Shown in pieces: positions 7,228 to 10,106 of a stretch of DNA of 10,106 nt (position 1 is its first letter; each line of letters opens with the position of its first letter). The position numbers were made by a program, and so were the translations under genes. This DNA comes from a virus (taxonomy: Duplodnaviria > Heunggongvirae > Uroviricota > Caudoviricetes). The stretch lies in IMG/VR virus record IMGVR_UViG_2737471839_000009; one strand, given 5' to 3'. The notes under the pieces are model-generated. The model saw only the letters and a program-made list of their open reading frames with translations, was not told where the DNA came from and did no database searches.

Positions 7228-9347
7228 AACCAGCCTCCTGATGTTATCCATGGATTATCTTCCGCACGCTCCGTCCGCAGTTTTTTCTTCCGGCGACGGC
7301 GTTTTTCTGCCCCGGCCGTCAGTTCCGGGGATGCCGTTTCACCAGAACGCTCCTGCGGGAAGACGAGCCACGTTTCCCGCTGTGCCCAGTCCGGTGCGGA
7401 GGGCCAGCGGATCTTTTCGTAACCATGCAGAACGGCAAGCGCATCCGCATAAACCAGCAGGTCAAACGCCTCGTTAGCGCCCCTGCCCGGTTTTCGCCAT
7501 TTTCCGTCACTGCCGCGCTCTTCATAGGTCAGCTCATCGTAAAACCACCGCCCCAGCCAGTCGGGAAAGTGGATATAGTTCGGCCCCGGTGTGTCACGCC
7601 ACAGGGCATTATTTACACGGTCCTTAAACGCATCCGTCTGAACCAGCCACAGCGCGACATCGCCACTGGCTCTGGCACGGCGGGCACTTCTGCCGGTATT
7701 ATCCGGGAAGGTACGGTTAATCAGCCTGTCACGGCGAAGACCATCCCCCTTGAACAGAAACACCCTGTTGCCCAGTCCGTCACTCCGGCAACGACGCCAG
7801 AAACGATAGGCGTTATCTGTCACCCCGGCTTCCCCTCCCGTATCCACCGCCATGGCCATCAGACGCATGCGCACATCCGGATCAGAAGCCAGCGGCCATG
7901 TTTTATGGAACACATCCGTCAGCAACAAATCCCAGTCCTCCGGATATGCCGCCGGATCAACCGGCAGACTTTCACCGTTGGGACTGCAGCGCAGTGAATG
8001 CCGGATGTTGTAGCGATCAACAATCCAGCGTTCCCCCTGCTCTCCGTATCCGGTGATCTGCACAACAAAACGGCGATTTTTACCGCCCTGTACGTCAACC
8101 GTTGCCTCAATAAAACGCACACCATCCGGCACAGATCGCCGGGGAAACGGCTCGGCACGCTGTTCAAGCAGTTCACTTTTACGCTGTTCCGTGGCTGAAC
8201 GGGGCAGATAGGGTCGTCCGATATCGGTGTTCACCACCGCTTTCAGGGTCTCTTCACTGCCGGTTCGCTCATACTCTTCTTCTGCCGCCAGCAGTTTAAA
8301 AATCAGTTGTTCCCAGGTCTGAAACGCCGCAGCCGGCCCCTCCATCCAGAATGACGCAATCCGGGAATTTCGTGGCGTTCCGGTGATACTGCCGTCCGCC
8401 GCCGCCCGTTCACCTTCACGAAGCCAGATCCCCTGGTTATTCAGTTCACGTTTCTGTTCCGGAGCAATCAGGCCGCAGCAGTGCGGACACATCAGGCGGG
8501 CCGCCTGCCCGGCAGCCACAAAATCAGGGTTATTCCGGTAACCGGTCATGTTATCCATCACCGGCTGAAAATATTCCCCACAGTGCGGACACGGCCAGTA
8601 CCACCGACGGCGGTCTCCCCGGTTATACAGGGACAGGATCCCCGTTGTTGGGGGTGCCTCATGTGTGCCGCCACATCGCCATTTGGTGTCAGTGATATCC
8701 CGCCCGGGTGAACTCTCGACCAGGGTCATCCCGGAAGACATAAAGGTGGTGGTACGCTTTGATGCCAGGGTGAAGGCATCCCCTTCCCCGTCCACGTTTT
8801 CAGGGAAACGGTCATAATCCGTCAGCGCCACACGACGGTAATCCGAGGAGGAAAATACGGTGATCGACGGCCAGCCAATCTTCAGGAAGGAGCCGTCAAG
8901 AAACATTTTATCGTGGACGTTGTTGTCATTACGGGAAGGACTGAGACGCTTACTGACCTCCGGGCTGTGACGAAACGTTCTGGAAAGACGCGTTCTGGAG
9001 TGTTCCCGCGCCTTGGTCTCGGTCATCTGCACCACCAGCATATCCGCCGGATCACAGATGATGCCGTACACAATCCAGCCATCAATCAGCCCTTCGGTTT
9101 TCCCGGTCCGCGCCGGTCCTACAAACACCACCGCGTCATATTCACGGGCTGATAATGTATTAATGGGGTCAATCATATAGGGCGTCAGTGATGACTCCCA
9201 CGGACCGGAAGTGTTGGCTCCCCGTGGTACCCGCATATAACGCCTGATGGCTTCCGCTACTGGTAACCGGCCAGGTGGGCGAAACAGCGAGGCCACTTCG
9301 CGCCAGATATCGGATGCGCGGCTATGGCTCTCGTTCACCTGATTCAC
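7224..9347 (-). CDS. A: Terminase large subunit (lambda gpA family)
   Basis: 707-aa ORF. N-terminus MNQVNESHS…SLFRP parallels lambda gpA; Walker A-like VFVGPARTGKTEG (about 9093..9119); two CPHC motifs (CPHCGEYF… and …MCPHCCG, about 8475..8591) as in gpA-type terminases. Starts with GTG overlapping the small-subunit stop. Confidence 0.93.
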   Translation of the reverse strand: MNQVNESHSRASDIWREVASLFRPPGRLPVAEAIRRYMRVPRGANTSGPWESSLTPYMIDPINTLSAREYDAVVFVGPARTGKTEGLIDGWIVYGIICDPADMLVVQMTETKAREHSRTRLSRTFRHSPEVSKRLSPSRNDNNVHDKMFLDGSFLKIGWPSITVFSSSDYRRVALTDYDRFPENVDGEGDAFTLASKRTTTFMSSGMTLVESSPGRDITDTKWRCGGTHEAPPTTGILSLYNRGDRRRWYWPCPHCGEYFQPVMDNMTGYRNNPDFVAAGQAARLMCPHCCGLIAPEQKRELNNQGIWLREGERAAADGSITGTPRNSRIASFWMEGPAAAFQTWEQLIFKLLAAEEEYERTGSEETLKAVVNTDIGRPYLPRSATEQRKSELLEQRAEPFPRRSVPDGVRFIEATVDVQGGKNRRFVVQITGYGEQGERWIVDRYNIRHSLRCSPNGESLPVDPAAYPEDWDLLLTDVFHKTWPLASDPDVRMRLMAMAVDTGGEAGVTDNAYRFWRRCRSDGLGNRVFLFKGDGLRRDRLINRTFPDNTGRSARRARASGDVALWLVQTDAFKDRVNNALWRDTPGPNYIHFPDWLGRWFYDELTYEERGSDGKWRKPGRGANEAFDLLVYADALAVLHGYEKIRWPSAPDWAQRETWLVFPQERSGETASPELTAGAEKRRRRKKKLRTERAEDNPWITSGGWL

Positions 9348-9820
9348 ATATCGGCCTCATCACAACAGTCAATGACTGCCTTTTCCAGTGTGTCGCGGAT
9401 CTCATCAACCACAATCTGCACTTCGTTCAGTTGTGATGCAGTCCACCCCCTGTCCCTCTCCAGCCTGTCAGGCCAGGTTTCCAGTACCTGAACTATCGCT
9501 TTCACCACGACAGAAAACGACCGCCTGACATCACTGACAGGGACAAGCTGAACAGTTTCATGCTGAAATTTAAGACGCTCGCGCTCGGACTGATACCATG
9601 CCTTGCGATCGTGTGGATTCATCTCCTCATCTTCGGTGGATGGTGTTTTTGCCAGCAGCGCAGTAATCAGGTCCGTCAGGAGATAAAGTTTTTTCTTCTC
9701 ATTACTGCCCGGAGCAAGAGGAACATCCGCCATTCTTGCGGTAACGGTCTGCCGGTGCAGGCCTGAAAGGGCTGCCAGTTGATTAATATTTAACTTCATA
9801 TTTTTCAGCTCGCCGTCCAT
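9344..9820 (-). CDS. Terminase small subunit (DNA-recognition subunit, Nu1-like role)
   Basis: 158-aa ORF immediately upstream of and overlapping the large terminase. N-terminal helix-turn-helix-like segment LNINQLAALSGLHRQTVTARMADV; strong GGAGGAGG Shine-Dalgarno 5 nt upstream; about 190 bp downstream of the cosN candidate, like lambda Nu1. Confidence 0.8.
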   Translation of the reverse strand: MDGELKNMKLNINQLAALSGLHRQTVTARMADVPLAPGSNEKKKLYLLTDLITALLAKTPSTEDEEMNPHDRKAWYQSERERLKFQHETVQLVPVSDVRRSFSVVVKAIVQVLETWPDRLERDRGWTASQLNEVQIVVDEIRDTLEKAVIDCCDEADM

Positions 9821-10004
9821 CTACGCCTCCTCCACATACCCCTCTGAACAGAAGTGATTCTGTTTTTTTGTAAAGAAATGCCGCCACACAAAGATGTCGA
9901 ACAAAAATTGGCCACAACCATCATCTTTTTTGCATCAATTACATTAAAAACAACAGTTTACATACATGATGATGATGACGATAAAATCACAAAAATGCGC
10001 TTTT
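9821..10004 (-). other. Putative cosB-like terminase-binding region between cosN and the small terminase gene
   Basis: AT-rich about 185-bp non-coding segment with short repeated motifs (plus strand GCCGCCACACA / GGCCACAACCA; CATCATC; (GAT)3-4 run at about 9968..9980) and an ATCAA-containing AT-rich stretch that could be an IHF-type bend site. Assignment is by position relative to cosN and the terminase gene only. Confidence 0.3.
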
Positions 10005-10032
10005 TTCCGCGCCGACCCGCCCCGTGTACAGG
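10005..10032 (-). other. Putative cosN (terminase nicking site / cohesive-end region)
   Basis: Minus-strand sequence …TGTACACGGGGCGGGTCGGCGCGGAAAAAAGCGC… resembles the lambda cos junction …TTACGGGGCGGCGACCTCGCGGGTTTTCGC… as recalled (shared ACGGGGCGG core, then a GC-rich 12-mer, then CGCGG plus a homopolymer tract). Its distance to the small terminase start matches lambda. Confidence 0.45.
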
Positions 10033-10055
10033 CCCACCCCGCCAGGAGGACCCGA

Positions 10056-10078
10056 AAAATGATAATTGTTATCATTTT
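10056..10078. repeat. Perfect 10-bp-arm inverted repeat AAAATGATAA-TTG-TTATCATTTT (operator-like palindrome, Fur-box-like core)
   Basis: Read directly from the sequence. The core TGATAAT-T-GTTATCA matches the 7-1-7 Fur-box form TGATAATnATTATCA at 14 of 15 positions. Confidence 0.6.
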
Positions 10079-10106
10079 GTAATGTGTTCCGGTTTCTTCC
10101 ACCATC

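Noticed and set aside
4476-7477. Numerous 70-140-aa ORFs on both strands inside the portal, capsid and terminase genes (e.g. 4476..4763, 5017..5364, 5998..6222, 6314..6613, 7009..7422, 7425..7997, 8481..8711)
   Set aside because: Each is nested within or antisense to a long, well-supported structural gene; they are frame artefacts, not hidden cargo.
9931-9950. IHF-like site (ATCAA…TTA) in the putative cosB region
   Set aside because: It does not match the WATCAANNNNTTR consensus when aligned strictly; retained only as a weak note inside the cosB-like feature.
9930-9990. Possible sigma70 promoter (TTGCAT … TAAAAT) in the cos-proximal AT-rich region
   Set aside because: The hexamers do not fall at a proper 16-18-bp spacing in any combination I could align. 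AT-rich DNA yields such partial matches by chance, and lambdoid late genes are normally transcribed from a distant late promoter.
1-10106. Defence or accessory system (restriction-modification, toxin-antitoxin, CRISPR, abortive infection, superinfection exclusion) embedded in the module
   Set aside because: Gene junctions are contiguous or overlapping throughout, leaving no unexplained coding capacity. No direct-repeat array, no nuclease/ATPase/methyltransferase motifs outside the terminase, and no tRNA or integrase. The only unassigned DNA is the 87-nt hairpin spacer and the cos-proximal region.
10031-10106. Minus-strand ORF (MVEETGTHYKMITIIIFRVLLAGWA…) starting near the window end and running across the cosN candidate
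   Set aside because: It would span the packaging site and terminate in the AT-rich cos region. Its Ile-rich stretch is just the reverse translation of the same palindrome, and no ribosome-binding site is visible within the window.

Overview
This window is a contiguous stretch of the late (virion morphogenesis) operon of a lambdoid siphovirus or prophage, probably enterobacterial, encoded entirely on the minus strand. The gene order, reading the minus strand from high to low coordinates, is: putative cos site, terminase small subunit, terminase large subunit (gpA-like), gpW-like head completion protein, portal, a single fused protease-scaffold-major capsid gene (Gifsy-2-type tripartite capsid gene), a DUF2190-like small head protein, a Gifsy-2-family connector-like protein, then lambda-like Z, U, V, G, G-T (via -1 frameshift) and the start of tape measure H, which runs off the window. 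Genes are tightly packed with overlapping stop/start codons and Shine-Dalgarno motifs, so there is no room for an inserted cargo or defence cassette. I found no tRNA, rRNA, CRISPR array, integrase or transposase, and I do not see evidence for a novel multi-gene system here. The points worth a second look are the conserved GGGAAAG recoding site, the tripartite capsid gene and its ambiguous start, the mosaic head/tail junction, a lambda-like but divergent cosN candidate, convergent hairpins after the capsid gene, and a Fur-box-like palindrome over a strongly ribosome-bound 7-codon mini-ORF at the far right edge. All calls rest on reading the sequence and recalled protein-family features; no database search was run, and coordinates of small motifs may be off by 1-2 nt.
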